Positions 9,363 to 18,118 of a stretch of DNA of 64,000 bases are shown in pieces. Position 1 is the first letter of the stretch; every line of letters begins with the position of its first letter. The notes beneath the pieces were generated by a model. That model was not told the origin of the DNA. It worked only from the letters and a program-made list of their open reading frames with translations, and made no database searches. The position numbers and the translations under genes were made by a program. The DNA is from a virus, in the IMG/VR virus record IMGVR_UViG_3300027659_000014, positions 32,001 through 96,000 of that record; one strand, 5' to 3'.

Positions 9363-10271
9363 TTATACATAAATATGCTTAAACATATCCAATTGTTCTC
9401 CAACTTTTATTTTTTTAACTTTATTTTCACCGTAATTCATAATTAACAATTCTTCCCCCATATTTTGTTTCACCCCACTTTTAGCTGATGCGGCTTTAGC
9501 AAATTCTTTCATCTCCCACGAGTATTCATCTACTGGAAACCATTTTCTTAAAATTGGAAAATCATAATAACTAAGTGAAAATTTTCCTTTAATTTGTTTT
9601 AAAGAATTTGCCAATCTTTCATGGTCATTTCTATCAAAATCATGGTTTGAATAATAGTTCTCTGTTTTCCAATAGGGTGGGTCAACATAAAAATATGTAT
9701 TTGGTGAATCATACATTTCAATTAATATTTGAAAATCTAAATTTTCAACAAATGTTATCTTATCAAAATGATCTCTAAATTCTTTATTTTTTAATTTATC
9801 CATAAATATTAAAATTTTACATCTGTATTTACCTTTATAATCGGTATATTTTGATGTTTCAGGTTTAGATCCAGAAAATACCTGAGTTAATACATACACA
9901 TATTTTGCTGCAACCTCAAATCTATTATTTTCAGTTATATCAATTCCACTATGAAAAACTTCTTGTTGGAACTGATTAAACATTTCTTCGTATTCTGGAG
10001 GTGTATTTTCAACCCCTACCTGTTGACAAGGGTATTTATTTAGTTCATCCCAAAGTCTGTCATAATCTTTAGAACATCTAAATAAATTGGCATTTAATCC
10101 ATTAAAATCATTATAAACAACAGTTTTAAGGTTTGGGTACTCATTTAACTTTGTTTTAAAAAAAACCCAATACATACCACCAAATGGTTCAACATAAGTT
10201 TCAATGTTTTTTGGAATAAATGGTACAATCCATTTACCAATTCGAGCTTTTCCTCCGATGTAAGATATCAT
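9363..10271 (-). CDS. DNA adenine methyltransferase, D12/Dam class
   Basis: YIGGK, motif I YVEPFGG, VVYND, motif IV YVDPPY, LSY, EELLIMNY. Confidence 0.92.
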   Translation of the reverse strand: MISYIGGKARIGKWIVPFIPKNIETYVEPFGGMYWVFFKTKLNEYPNLKTVVYNDFNGLNANLFRCSKDYDRLWDELNKYPCQQVGVENTPPEYEEMFNQFQQEVFHSGIDITENNRFEVAAKYVYVLTQVFSGSKPETSKYTDYKGKYRCKILIFMDKLKNKEFRDHFDKITFVENLDFQILIEMYDSPNTYFYVDPPYWKTENYYSNHDFDRNDHERLANSLKQIKGKFSLSYYDFPILRKWFPVDEYSWEMKEFAKAASAKSGVKQNMGEELLIMNYGENKVKKIKVGEQLDMFKHIYV

Positions 10272-10351
10272 ATATATATGTTTTATATAAAAATAATAAT
10301 TTTATATTTATTTGTCAAATATGTAACACTATATTTATTAAAAAAGAAAGT

Positions 10352-10507
10352 ATGAAAACTGAAGCAACACAAGTAACCGGATGTAAAAAATGTGGACAAT
10401 CGCCAAGTAAAACACAAAAATTTGTTTTTATTACTGGAGCAATAATGTTTTTATTGACAATATATGGTTTAGTTTCTTTAATATATGATATTAAATCACT
10501 ATTTTAA
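10352..10507 (+). CDS. Small membrane protein with CxxC (51 aa)
   Basis: Start moved to ATG 10352 (MKTEATQVTGCKKCG...), 13 nt after TATTTAT; one C-terminal TM helix. Confidence 0.7.
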   Translation: MKTEATQVTGCKKCGQSPSKTQKFVFITGAIMFLLTIYGLVSLIYDIKSLF

Positions 10508-11430
10508 CTTCTATTGTATTTAATATATTGATTTATTAATAAATCACCATTATGTTGGTTTTTATACCCTTTTCCTTTAACTCTTAATGGTGTTGATGTA
10601 TCAACATTATTTGGGAATTTAACATTTATTTTTCCATCTGGATGTGGAACATCAAATGATCCTCTTTTTAAATCATCAAGATTTAAAAAAGCACTATATA
10701 TAAGATTTGTTCCTAATTTTTCAAAGTTACCCTCATTAGTTGTTTTAACTCTAATAACCAAATTACCATATCCCCCGTTTCTATAATCACCAAGTCCTTG
10801 TAATCTTAAAAACTGACCATCATCAATTCCATGTGGTAGTTGGATCTCGATTGTTTTAATCTCATTTTTTGTTCCTTGTCCCCCACAAGCATAGCAAGCT
10901 GCTGTTGTTATTTTACCAACACCATTACAAGTATTACACGCTACTTGGACTATCTGTATAAACATTCCTGAACCCATTTGTTTTACAACAAATCCTTTTC
11001 CATTACAAACATTACATGGTTTTTTCTCTCCCCCATTTCCATTACATGGAGGACATTTATCTTTTCTGTTATATGTTATACTTTTTTTACCCGCTAAGTA
11101 TGATTCCAATACACCAATATTTATATCAATTATGGTGTCGTGAACTCTATTTTGTGAATTACGACCACCAAACATATTATTCATAATGTCATTCATTGAT
11201 TGACCTCCAAAACCGTTCATGTTAGAAAATGGGTTATTTCGTTGGTTGTTGTATTGTGATCTTTTATTTTCGTCTCCAATAGTATCATATGCAGTTGAGA
11301 TTTTTTTAAACTTTTCCTCATCCCCACCTTTATCGGGGTGATTTTCTTTAACTAAATTCCTATAAGCTTTTTTAATTTCGTCTTGAGTTGCACTTTCTGT
11401 AACTCCTAACACATTATAATAATCTTCCAT
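10504..11430 (-). CDS. dnaJ: DnaJ co-chaperone
   Basis: DYYNVLGV J-domain with HPD, four CxxCxGxG zinc repeats, C-terminal substrate domain. Confidence 0.95.
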   Translation of the reverse strand: MEDYYNVLGVTESATQDEIKKAYRNLVKENHPDKGGDEEKFKKISTAYDTIGDENKRSQYNNQRNNPFSNMNGFGGQSMNDIMNNMFGGRNSQNRVHDTIIDINIGVLESYLAGKKSITYNRKDKCPPCNGNGGEKKPCNVCNGKGFVVKQMGSGMFIQIVQVACNTCNGVGKITTAACYACGGQGTKNEIKTIEIQLPHGIDDGQFLRLQGLGDYRNGGYGNLVIRVKTTNEGNFEKLGTNLIYSAFLNLDDLKRGSFDVPHPDGKINVKFPNNVDTSTPLRVKGKGYKNQHNGDLLINQYIKYNRS

Positions 11431-11480
11431 ATTTATTTTTACTAATTTATAATTATACTTAACAAATATATCATAACCAA

Positions 11481-12119
11481 ATGAGTAACTTTATAATTGT
11501 TTTATTTAAAAATAAGATAAAAAAGAAAATAATAAAGAAATTTAAAACTTATAATAACGCAAAAAAATTTTATGATAAAATTTTAAGTGAAAGTAATACA
11601 GTTATTTTTAATATGGAGACAGAAAATGGTAAGTATTGTGAATATGAACTTGGGTTTTTAGAAAGAGGTGTTGCTCACAGACCTTATTTTGTTCGAGATA
11701 AATACGGAAGACAAATAAGGGTTGACCTTGAGGATCCTGATTTTAATTTAAAAATACTTAATGACTATAAAAAAGAAGAATTATTATTTGATATAACAAA
11801 ATCTAAAAGAATTACAGTTTTAACAATGATAAAAGAATATCTTCCAAAAGTAGGAATAAAAATGATTTCTAAACTGAATAATAAAATTATTATTCAAAAT
11901 AACGAAAAAATACATTTGTTTTCATTAAAGACTGAAGAGGATTCAAATAGACTAATAGACACTCTATCAGAATACATGATTAACCAACAAAGGATTGATT
12001 GTATATTAATTAAAGATGGGTCAAAAGAACAAAAAAAGTACATGTATGATCTTTTAAATAAGAATGGTTATGATAAATCAATTCTTTACCGTAAGTTTAC
12101 CACTTATAAAAGATTTTAA
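11481..12119 (+). CDS. Hypothetical basic protein (212 aa)
   Basis: Long ORF divergent from dnaJ; overlaps the convergent gene by 42 bp. Confidence 0.75.
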   Translation: MSNFIIVLFKNKIKKKIIKKFKTYNNAKKFYDKILSESNTVIFNMETENGKYCEYELGFLERGVAHRPYFVRDKYGRQIRVDLEDPDFNLKILNDYKKEELLFDITKSKRITVLTMIKEYLPKVGIKMISKLNNKIIIQNNEKIHLFSLKTEEDSNRLIDTLSEYMINQQRIDCILIKDGSKEQKKYMYDLLNKNGYDKSILYRKFTTYKRF

Positions 12120-12386
12120 TTTACCAAAAATACTAATTTTTACAGGTTCTTCTATTTTAATTGTATTTTCTAAAATAAAAACAACTTCAATTCCCGATAA
12201 ATCAATTTTAAACTGATTAAATCCACTATCTATATGTCTAAAATTAGATTGTACTTTTTTAAAATCTTCATAATTTAATTCAAAAACAATAAACGATTTT
12301 CCATTTGGGAATAATGTTTGAATTCCATCGGTTATCAATGCCAATTTTTCTATTACCCCATCAACACTTTTTTGATTTTTTCCCAT
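12078..12386 (-). CDS. Hypothetical protein (102 aa)
   Basis: One of an overlapping minus-strand run. Confidence 0.7.
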   Translation of the reverse strand: MGKNQKSVDGVIEKLALITDGIQTLFPNGKSFIVFELNYEDFKKVQSNFRHIDSGFNQFKIDLSGIEVVFILENTIKIEEPVKISIFGKLKSFISGKLTVKN

Positions 12387-12559
12387 AATGTTAATTTTAT
12401 TTCTTTTTGGTTTAAGACAATATCTTCTTTTTTTATTTTTTTAATCTGTTCAATAAACCGATTTTTTTCATGTTTTAAATTAAGAATATCTTTTTCAATT
12501 TCATTATTTAACCACTGTTGGGTTTTCTCCGGATGGCTTAATAGTTTCTTCTTTGTCAT
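12353..12559 (-). CDS. Hypothetical protein (68 aa)
   Basis: Overlaps both neighbours; amphipathic C-term TLWEKIKKVLMG. Confidence 0.65.
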   Translation of the reverse strand: MTKKKLLSHPEKTQQWLNNEIEKDILNLKHEKNRFIEQIKKIKKEDIVLNQKEIKLTLWEKIKKVLMG

Positions 12560-12941
12560 CTAATTCAATTTTATTTTCAGTAATTTCAAATTTTAATGCT
12601 TGTAAATTATTTAAATTTTCTTTTTCAAACATTTTTTTTAACTCATCAACTTTTATTTGGAATAATCTTTCTTTTTCTTCTCTTTCTTTATTATATGCAA
12701 TAATATTTTTTATGTTAAAGATTGTTTCATCCACTAACTTTTCACTAAACTCAGAAACAAATGAAAAGGATCTATGTCCTGTGTTTGATTTCTGATTTTC
12801 AATTACTTTTTCTTCGTTAACAAATTTTTTGGGTAATTTCCATGTATCCGGAAACTCAATATCAAAAGATAAATATGATTTTAGTTTCCTAACTGATTGT
12901 AGATACGGAAAAAGTATTGTAAATTCTTTATATATGCTCAT
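12504..12941 (-). CDS. Hypothetical protein (145 aa) with C-terminal coiled coil
   Basis: ORF track; abuts the upstream gene. Confidence 0.75.
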   Translation of the reverse strand: MSIYKEFTILFPYLQSVRKLKSYLSFDIEFPDTWKLPKKFVNEEKVIENQKSNTGHRSFSFVSEFSEKLVDETIFNIKNIIAYNKEREEKERLFQIKVDELKKMFEKENLNNLQALKFEITENKIELDDKEETIKPSGENPTVVK

Positions 12942-13130
12942 TTATACTTGTATTAAATACGTTATTAAATAACTTAATGATAAACCATTGAATAAAATTT
13001 CCCTATTACTTAAAACCATTTTTTCTGGTTTTGTTTGTAATAGGGAAATAATAAATTTTAATGCTGTTCTCACCAATAAAATTGTTGAGAATATAAAAAC
13101 AAATAAATATATTGTTTCTATATTAGTCAT
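12942..13130 (-). CDS. Small two-TM membrane protein (62 aa)
   Basis: Two hydrophobic segments; coupled to neighbours. Confidence 0.7.
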   Translation of the reverse strand: MTNIETIYLFVFIFSTILLVRTALKFIISLLQTKPEKMVLSNREILFNGLSLSYLITYLIQV

Positions 13131-13296
13131 TTTTTTTTGTCTCTAAAATTTCTCCACGAAGAATTTGTAATAATGCCTTTAATTCTTGTGATGTTTTTCT
13201 AGCTCTTGTTCCAGCGCTTTTATTTCCACCAAAAAATTTAGTTACATTAAGATTTAGTTCTTCAGTTAGAGAATTGATTTTTTCTAAAGTTTTCAT
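13123..13296 (-). CDS. Histone H1-like (Hc1 family) small DNA-binding protein
   Basis: Not in track; MKTLEKINSLTEELNLNVTKFFGGNKSAGTRARKTSQELKALLQILRGEILETKKND with the family motif GNKxAGTRARK; TTTACA-N17-TAAACT upstream. Confidence 0.85.
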   Translation of the reverse strand: MKTLEKINSLTEELNLNVTKFFGGNKSAGTRARKTSQELKALLQILRGEILETKKND

Positions 13297-13363
13297 TTTT
13301 TAAATTAATAATAGTTTATTTTTATATATTTAAGTTTAATAAAAAAAATGTTGTTTGTAAATA

Positions 13364-13831
13364 CTACAGGACCATATTTTTATCTAATGACTTATAAATG
13401 TTTAATATTATATCTAAATCAGATTTGGTAAACGATTTTTTTTTATTAAATACATCATTAAAAAATGTTTCAATTGTTTTTCTCATTTTATCTTCTTTTT
13501 GATTATAAAACGTGTCTATAAAAAATTGATTAAAATAATCATAATGTTCTCCTTTATCTTTGAAGACTATGTTTTCTTTATTGAAATTATTAATGGTTTT
13601 ATCCCAACACCAATCAAAGTGTTTTTGTTTGTCTTCATTTGACATAACAATTTTAGTTTCATTTATATTATCATCTTCCCCCAAATAAGTTTCAAGTATT
13701 AAATAATATAAAGAAAATGAAAAGTCATAATATAATTCCATTTTTTCAGAAATTATATTATTTATCCTGAACCAGATGTCTACATCTTCAGGTTTAATTG
13801 GTTGGGTTATGTAGTTAAAAAAATTGTCCAT
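13364..13831 (-). CDS. Hypothetical protein (155 aa)
   Basis: ORF track; aromatic-rich helical protein. Confidence 0.75.
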   Translation of the reverse strand: MDNFFNYITQPIKPEDVDIWFRINNIISEKMELYYDFSFSLYYLILETYLGEDDNINETKIVMSNEDKQKHFDWCWDKTINNFNKENIVFKDKGEHYDYFNQFFIDTFYNQKEDKMRKTIETFFNDVFNKKKSFTKSDLDIILNIYKSLDKNMVL

Positions 13832-13851
13832 AGATTAATACCTATGGACAA
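13817..13851 (-). terminator. Terminator-like hairpin overlapping the next start codon
   Basis: Perfect 10-bp inverted repeat TTGTCCATAG-N8-CTATGGACAA followed by T7 on the minus strand. Confidence 0.7.
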
Positions 13852-13879
13852 ATAATAATATAGATTATTTATATGTAAA

Positions 13880-15094
13880 TTATTGAGTCTTTTCTTTGTA
13901 TCCCATTAACGATTTCATTCTGTCAAACTCCTCTTTCAATTTACTTTTACCACCTTTTTTATTTTTTAATGGTATTTCATCATATACTGGAGAAGGTACT
14001 CTTCCGTATGATTCATCTTTCCATTTTGCCAATTGGTCATCTTCAAAATATTTTGAAAATTTATCGTTAACTCCAGTATTTTCAGCATTTGCCCATTCTT
14101 GGTTGTTACCATTAGTAGAACTTCCTTTTATTTGTTTTTCAATTGTTTCTTTTTTAGGTGGTTTTCCGTCGTAATCAGGAATATTCTGTCCCGCAACTTC
14201 CACATTAAAGTCAGTTCCTTCATCATCAATTTCATAAGCCATTTTATCCATTTTAGCCAATTGACCGTTACCTTTTGGAAAATGTTTTGGCTTGGTATTA
14301 AATTTCTCTTTAGATCCACTTTTAGTATAATCTAACATTTTTTTAGAAAATTCTTTCATGTAATTTTCATTTTCTTTACCAGATCCTTTATGTGCTTTTT
14401 CATAAGCTTCCAAACCTGCTGGTGTTTTTCCTTTTTTTATATTACTTTTTTCTTTTTCTTCAATAATAATATTTTCTATCAGATTAATAATCTCGTTCTC
14501 TGTAAACAATTCAGACCCATGACCAGAATTTAACCTATATAAAACATTATTATTTTCTTCCAAGGAAGAATTATCAGTATATTCTTTATTACCAAGTTTG
14601 AATTTTCCACCTTTTGGTGTTTGTCTTAATTTATTCGTGAATGAATTTCCTTCCGCAGTTTCATCTTCTTCCATGTAAGATTTATCACCACACTCCATAC
14701 ATTCACCTTTATTCTCTTTTGTCTCTCTTTTCTTTCTTAAGAGTGTAAAATCTTCTTTATCAATTCTATTATTTTTATTTTTATCTATATTTTTTTGTTT
14801 ACCAAATAATCTTTCGGTTATTTCTTCAATATCAGAATCACTTAATTTATTATTATTTCTATAACTCTTACGAGTTTCTAAAACCTCACTATTTTCTTTA
14901 TATCCACATGATTCACACGCTTCTCCTTCTCTAATTTCTCCACCGCATGATTCACACATTTCTCCTTCAACATAGTCAAATGAAGTTCCAGGTTTATTAA
15001 ATTTTAATTTTTCCATTACTTCTTTTGCTTTATCCTCTAAAGTTTCATTAAGAATTTTTTTTAATAAAACATTATAATAATTGTTATTTTTCAT
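13880..15094 (-). CDS. Charged putative prohead core/internal head protein
   Basis: CESCG zinc-knuckle repeats, EF-hand-like DKNKNNRIDKEDF, helices ending in I/L-x-E; TATTTAT motif at 15109-15115. Confidence 0.5.
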   Translation of the reverse strand: MKNNNYYNVLLKKILNETLEDKAKEVMEKLKFNKPGTSFDYVEGEMCESCGGEIREGEACESCGYKENSEVLETRKSYRNNNKLSDSDIEEITERLFGKQKNIDKNKNNRIDKEDFTLLRKKRETKENKGECMECGDKSYMEEDETAEGNSFTNKLRQTPKGGKFKLGNKEYTDNSSLEENNNVLYRLNSGHGSELFTENEIINLIENIIIEEKEKSNIKKGKTPAGLEAYEKAHKGSGKENENYMKEFSKKMLDYTKSGSKEKFNTKPKHFPKGNGQLAKMDKMAYEIDDEGTDFNVEVAGQNIPDYDGKPPKKETIEKQIKGSSTNGNNQEWANAENTGVNDKFSKYFEDDQLAKWKDESYGRVPSPVYDEIPLKNKKGGKSKLKEEFDRMKSLMGYKEKTQ

Positions 15095-15115
15095 TTTCTT
15101 GTTTATATATAAATA

Positions 15116-15883
15116 TCAATGTTTATTCAATTTTTCCATTTCTAAATAAATTATATTTCTAACATAGTTTTCTGTTATTCCATAAGACTCACTTATATTT
15201 GTTATAACTCTTTTTAATCCTTTGTTTTCAAAAATTTTAAGTGCGTTAATATCCCCTTGATTACAATAAGGAAACTTTTTACATTTTTTCTTAACTTGGA
15301 CAAATTTACCTCCAGGAATTTGAGTGTTACGGCTTGGTCCCCAATCTTTTTTGTTGGTTGACTTTGCCCATATCGAGGGTCCTGAGTATTGACCTGATGA
15401 TACGGTACTTGCGCCTTCTTTTGTTTCAAACTTTTTAGGTCTATTACAAGTACAATCTTTTTCTATGTTTTTACATTTTTCACAATATTTCTTTTCTTTA
15501 ATTTCTTGAGATGAAAAAAGTGCTCCACCTGAATATGCTCCGGCAGATACCGATCCAGTTTCTTTAGTTTCTTCTTTTTTACTTTTAGTTATTTCTAATA
15601 ATGAATGTAGAAAATCGTTAATATCTTCAGGATTTTCTAACATTTTTTTTAATTCAGTTCTTGTTTTACTTACTGACATTTTGTTTTTAACTAATGTTAG
15701 TATGTCATTTAAATTAGTTTTTTTATCTTTTAAATAATCTTGTGGTTTTGTTTTTTTCTTTTTTTCTTTTTCTTCTTCCATTGGTTGGAAGTTTTTTCTT
15801 TGTTTGGACAAGTCAACCCCATTTACCCCCAATCCGTTTGCGGCATTATTATATTCTTTATTAAACATGTTAATCATATCCAT
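15116..15883 (-). CDS. Hypothetical late protein with repeated E-x-S/T-x-S-x-G-x-Y-S-G motif
   Basis: ETGSVSAGAYSGGALF and EGASTVSSGQYSGPSIW; CKKFPYCNQG. Confidence 0.7.
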   Translation of the reverse strand: MDMINMFNKEYNNAANGLGVNGVDLSKQRKNFQPMEEEKEKKKKTKPQDYLKDKKTNLNDILTLVKNKMSVSKTRTELKKMLENPEDINDFLHSLLEITKSKKEETKETGSVSAGAYSGGALFSSQEIKEKKYCEKCKNIEKDCTCNRPKKFETKEGASTVSSGQYSGPSIWAKSTNKKDWGPSRNTQIPGGKFVQVKKKCKKFPYCNQGDINALKIFENKGLKRVITNISESYGITENYVRNIIYLEMEKLNKH

Positions 15884-16128
15884 TATGAACTTTTAAATTT
15901 AGATTCCCAAAAATTTCTTTGTTGGTACATTATAGTATAAAACTCCCTAAACGATTTAATTATTAATTCTTTAACATCTTTCTCTAATTTACCTCGTTTC
16001 ATCTCTTTAGAAATTCTTTCTAATAATTTATCTTCAAATTGTTTAGCTGTTGCCGACCCTAAAAAGTCTTTTATTTCTTTTTTTATTAATGATTCAATTT
16101 CTCTTTTATCCGATTGTGTTAGTGCCAT
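15883..16128 (-). CDS. Hypothetical protein (81 aa)
   Basis: Coupled to the downstream gene by a 1-bp overlap. Confidence 0.75.
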   Translation of the reverse strand: MALTQSDKREIESLIKKEIKDFLGSATAKQFEDKLLERISKEMKRGKLEKDVKELIIKSFREFYTIMYQQRNFWESKFKSS

Positions 16129-16129
16129 T

Positions 16130-16543
16130 TTATTTTACTATTATCCCATATGTTAATCCTCCTATAATAGCTGAGGAAATAATCTGAATTATTGTATTTT
16201 TTCTTTTTAATTTTCTATTGTCTGATGTAAGATCTTTATTAATATTATCAACAATTTGAAATTTATCATTTGTTTTTTGAATAATTATTTCACTTGTTTT
16301 AAACTTTTCTTCCATTGTTATAATAATAGATTGTTGTACCTCAATTTTTTTATTTAACTCAACAACCTCATTTTTGGTTAATTTTAAAATCGCGGAAGTA
16401 GAATCCAATTTATTTAGATCCATCATGATCTGTTTTCCTACTTTATAAGGAATACATATTTCAGTAGTATCTTCTTTTTTTGTTGTTTGGGATAAAATAG
16501 AAACCCCAAAAAACACAAATAATATTAGTATTAAATTTTTCAT
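16130..16543 (-). CDS. Signal peptide + coiled coil + C-terminal TM; spanin-like candidate
   Basis: N-terminal hydrophobic signal, heptad coiled coil, C-term IIQIISSAIIGGLTYGIIV; near the amidase-fold gene. Confidence 0.5.
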   Translation of the reverse strand: MKNLILILFVFFGVSILSQTTKKEDTTEICIPYKVGKQIMMDLNKLDSTSAILKLTKNEVVELNKKIEVQQSIIITMEEKFKTSEIIIQKTNDKFQIVDNINKDLTSDNRKLKRKNTIIQIISSAIIGGLTYGIIVK

Positions 16544-16546
16544 GTT

Positions 16547-16900
16547 TTAAAAATTATATCTTAATCGTAATAAACTATCAATTTGTTTAGGGTTTGAGTT
16601 TTTAATTTCATTACCTTTTTGTTGGTAATAGTTATTAACAACTTCTTTTTTGATTTTAATATTAGATATTGTTGAATCAATTTTATGTATATCTTCATTA
16701 TATTTTGTTATTTTTTCATCTAATTTTTTTTGATAGTTAATCATACTATCAATATCTTTATTAAGTTGTTCAATTTGTTTTTTATCCTCTTTTGACATTC
16801 CATTATCAACTTTTGTCATATCGTAAATAATTAAACCAATTAATATAATAACAAATGTTAATATAATGTATTTGAAGTTTTCATTTAAAAAATTTTTCAT
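16547..16900 (-). CDS. N-terminal TM + coiled coil; i-spanin-like candidate
   Basis: YIILTFVIILIGLIIY anchor followed by a coiled coil. Confidence 0.5.
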   Translation of the reverse strand: MKNFLNENFKYIILTFVIILIGLIIYDMTKVDNGMSKEDKKQIEQLNKDIDSMINYQKKLDEKITKYNEDIHKIDSTISNIKIKKEVVNNYYQQKGNEIKNSNPKQIDSLLRLRYNF

Positions 16901-17526
16901 GTCTCACTTGTTTTTTTTCTTGATGAAACAATTTTAGACCATTTGGTTTTAAATTTTTCATAATATGTTTTTAATTTTAACGACATTTCACTAAATTCAT
17001 CATCAAGTTTGGTCATAGTTCCATTTATATATACCCCATTTGTTTCTCCAATTGAAAAGAAAAAATCTAAATCTAATTCAGTTATTTTTCCTGACCATTC
17101 AACATTTGTTGGATATAAATTTAATTTATTAAAGTCAACGATTTCGGTAACATCTTGTTTAAACTCATCCATACTTTCTTGAAATGCGGACTTATCATCA
17201 GTTGTTAATTGTAAATCTGTTGTGTTTTTACTATGAATAACTAAAATCCCCCCCGATATTCTATATGCCTTTTTTTTATCTGATTTAACTTTATCAAATT
17301 CTTTATCTTCATCTTCATCTTTTTCCGCAGTTTCATACTTATCGTTTTGTATTTTATCCTCAATATCTGTCATTACATCTATTTTATTGTCAGGATCTTC
17401 AACAGGTTGTTCAATTAATAAACCATAATTTTTTTTAATACTCTTAATATCCTCAGTTAATTGGTTACCCCCAAGTAATTTTCTTGATGCTGATAATAAT
17501 TTTTTTATTTCTTCGTAATTAGTCAT
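16897..17526 (-). CDS. Hypothetical protein (209 aa)
   Basis: Overlaps both neighbours. Confidence 0.75.
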   Translation of the reverse strand: MTNYEEIKKLLSASRKLLGGNQLTEDIKSIKKNYGLLIEQPVEDPDNKIDVMTDIEDKIQNDKYETAEKDEDEDKEFDKVKSDKKKAYRISGGILVIHSKNTTDLQLTTDDKSAFQESMDEFKQDVTEIVDFNKLNLYPTNVEWSGKITELDLDFFFSIGETNGVYINGTMTKLDDEFSEMSLKLKTYYEKFKTKWSKIVSSRKKTSET

Positions 17527-18118
17527 TTTTTAAATATTTATTAAAAATTTCAAAATTAAAGGCCGGACTAACATCAGTAAAATCACTATCAAAATTACTT
17601 TTAGTTACAATACCTTCAAATTTTTCTATACCGTTTATTTTTGTATTATGTTCCACACTTTTTAATGGGATATTAGTTTCTTTGGTTAACTTAACACACA
17701 ATTTTGAGGTTAAAATAATTTGTTCCTCAGGATATGGTTGCCAAAAAAAATAATCTCTCCATGTTTTATTAAAAACCTTTTGTTTATAAATATCACCAAT
17801 CCAATTAATGTGATAATTTTTTAATGGTTCTTTTTCTAACCAACCTAAATTTTCCAAACAAACAATTACAGAGTTTCTGTTTATAGATGATGTTGTGTTA
17901 TAATTAGTATATTCATCATTGTCCAATAACTGAAGAACTTTACCATCTCTTGTTACAATATAGTTAGGAATTTTATCATATTTACCATTATGTCTATATT
18001 TTAATGATTGTAAAAAATCATTTATGTTTCTAGACGTATTAGTGAGTATAATTTGTGTTTTGTTTTTATTTTTTTTCTCTGATCTAAAATTTCCGTATTT
18101 TATTATTTCATCAATCAT
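17519..18118 (-). CDS. N-acetylmuramoyl-L-alanine amidase (Amidase_2/PGRP) fold protein, Zn ligands apparently lost
   Basis: QIILTNT (IxxHxT), PNYIVTRDGKVLQ, NRNSVIVCLEN, YPEEQ, GIVTKSNF...DVSPAF. Confidence 0.75.
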   Translation of the reverse strand: MIDEIIKYGNFRSEKKNKNKTQIILTNTSRNINDFLQSLKYRHNGKYDKIPNYIVTRDGKVLQLLDNDEYTNYNTTSSINRNSVIVCLENLGWLEKEPLKNYHINWIGDIYKQKVFNKTWRDYFFWQPYPEEQIILTSKLCVKLTKETNIPLKSVEHNTKINGIEKFEGIVTKSNFDSDFTDVSPAFNFEIFNKYLKND

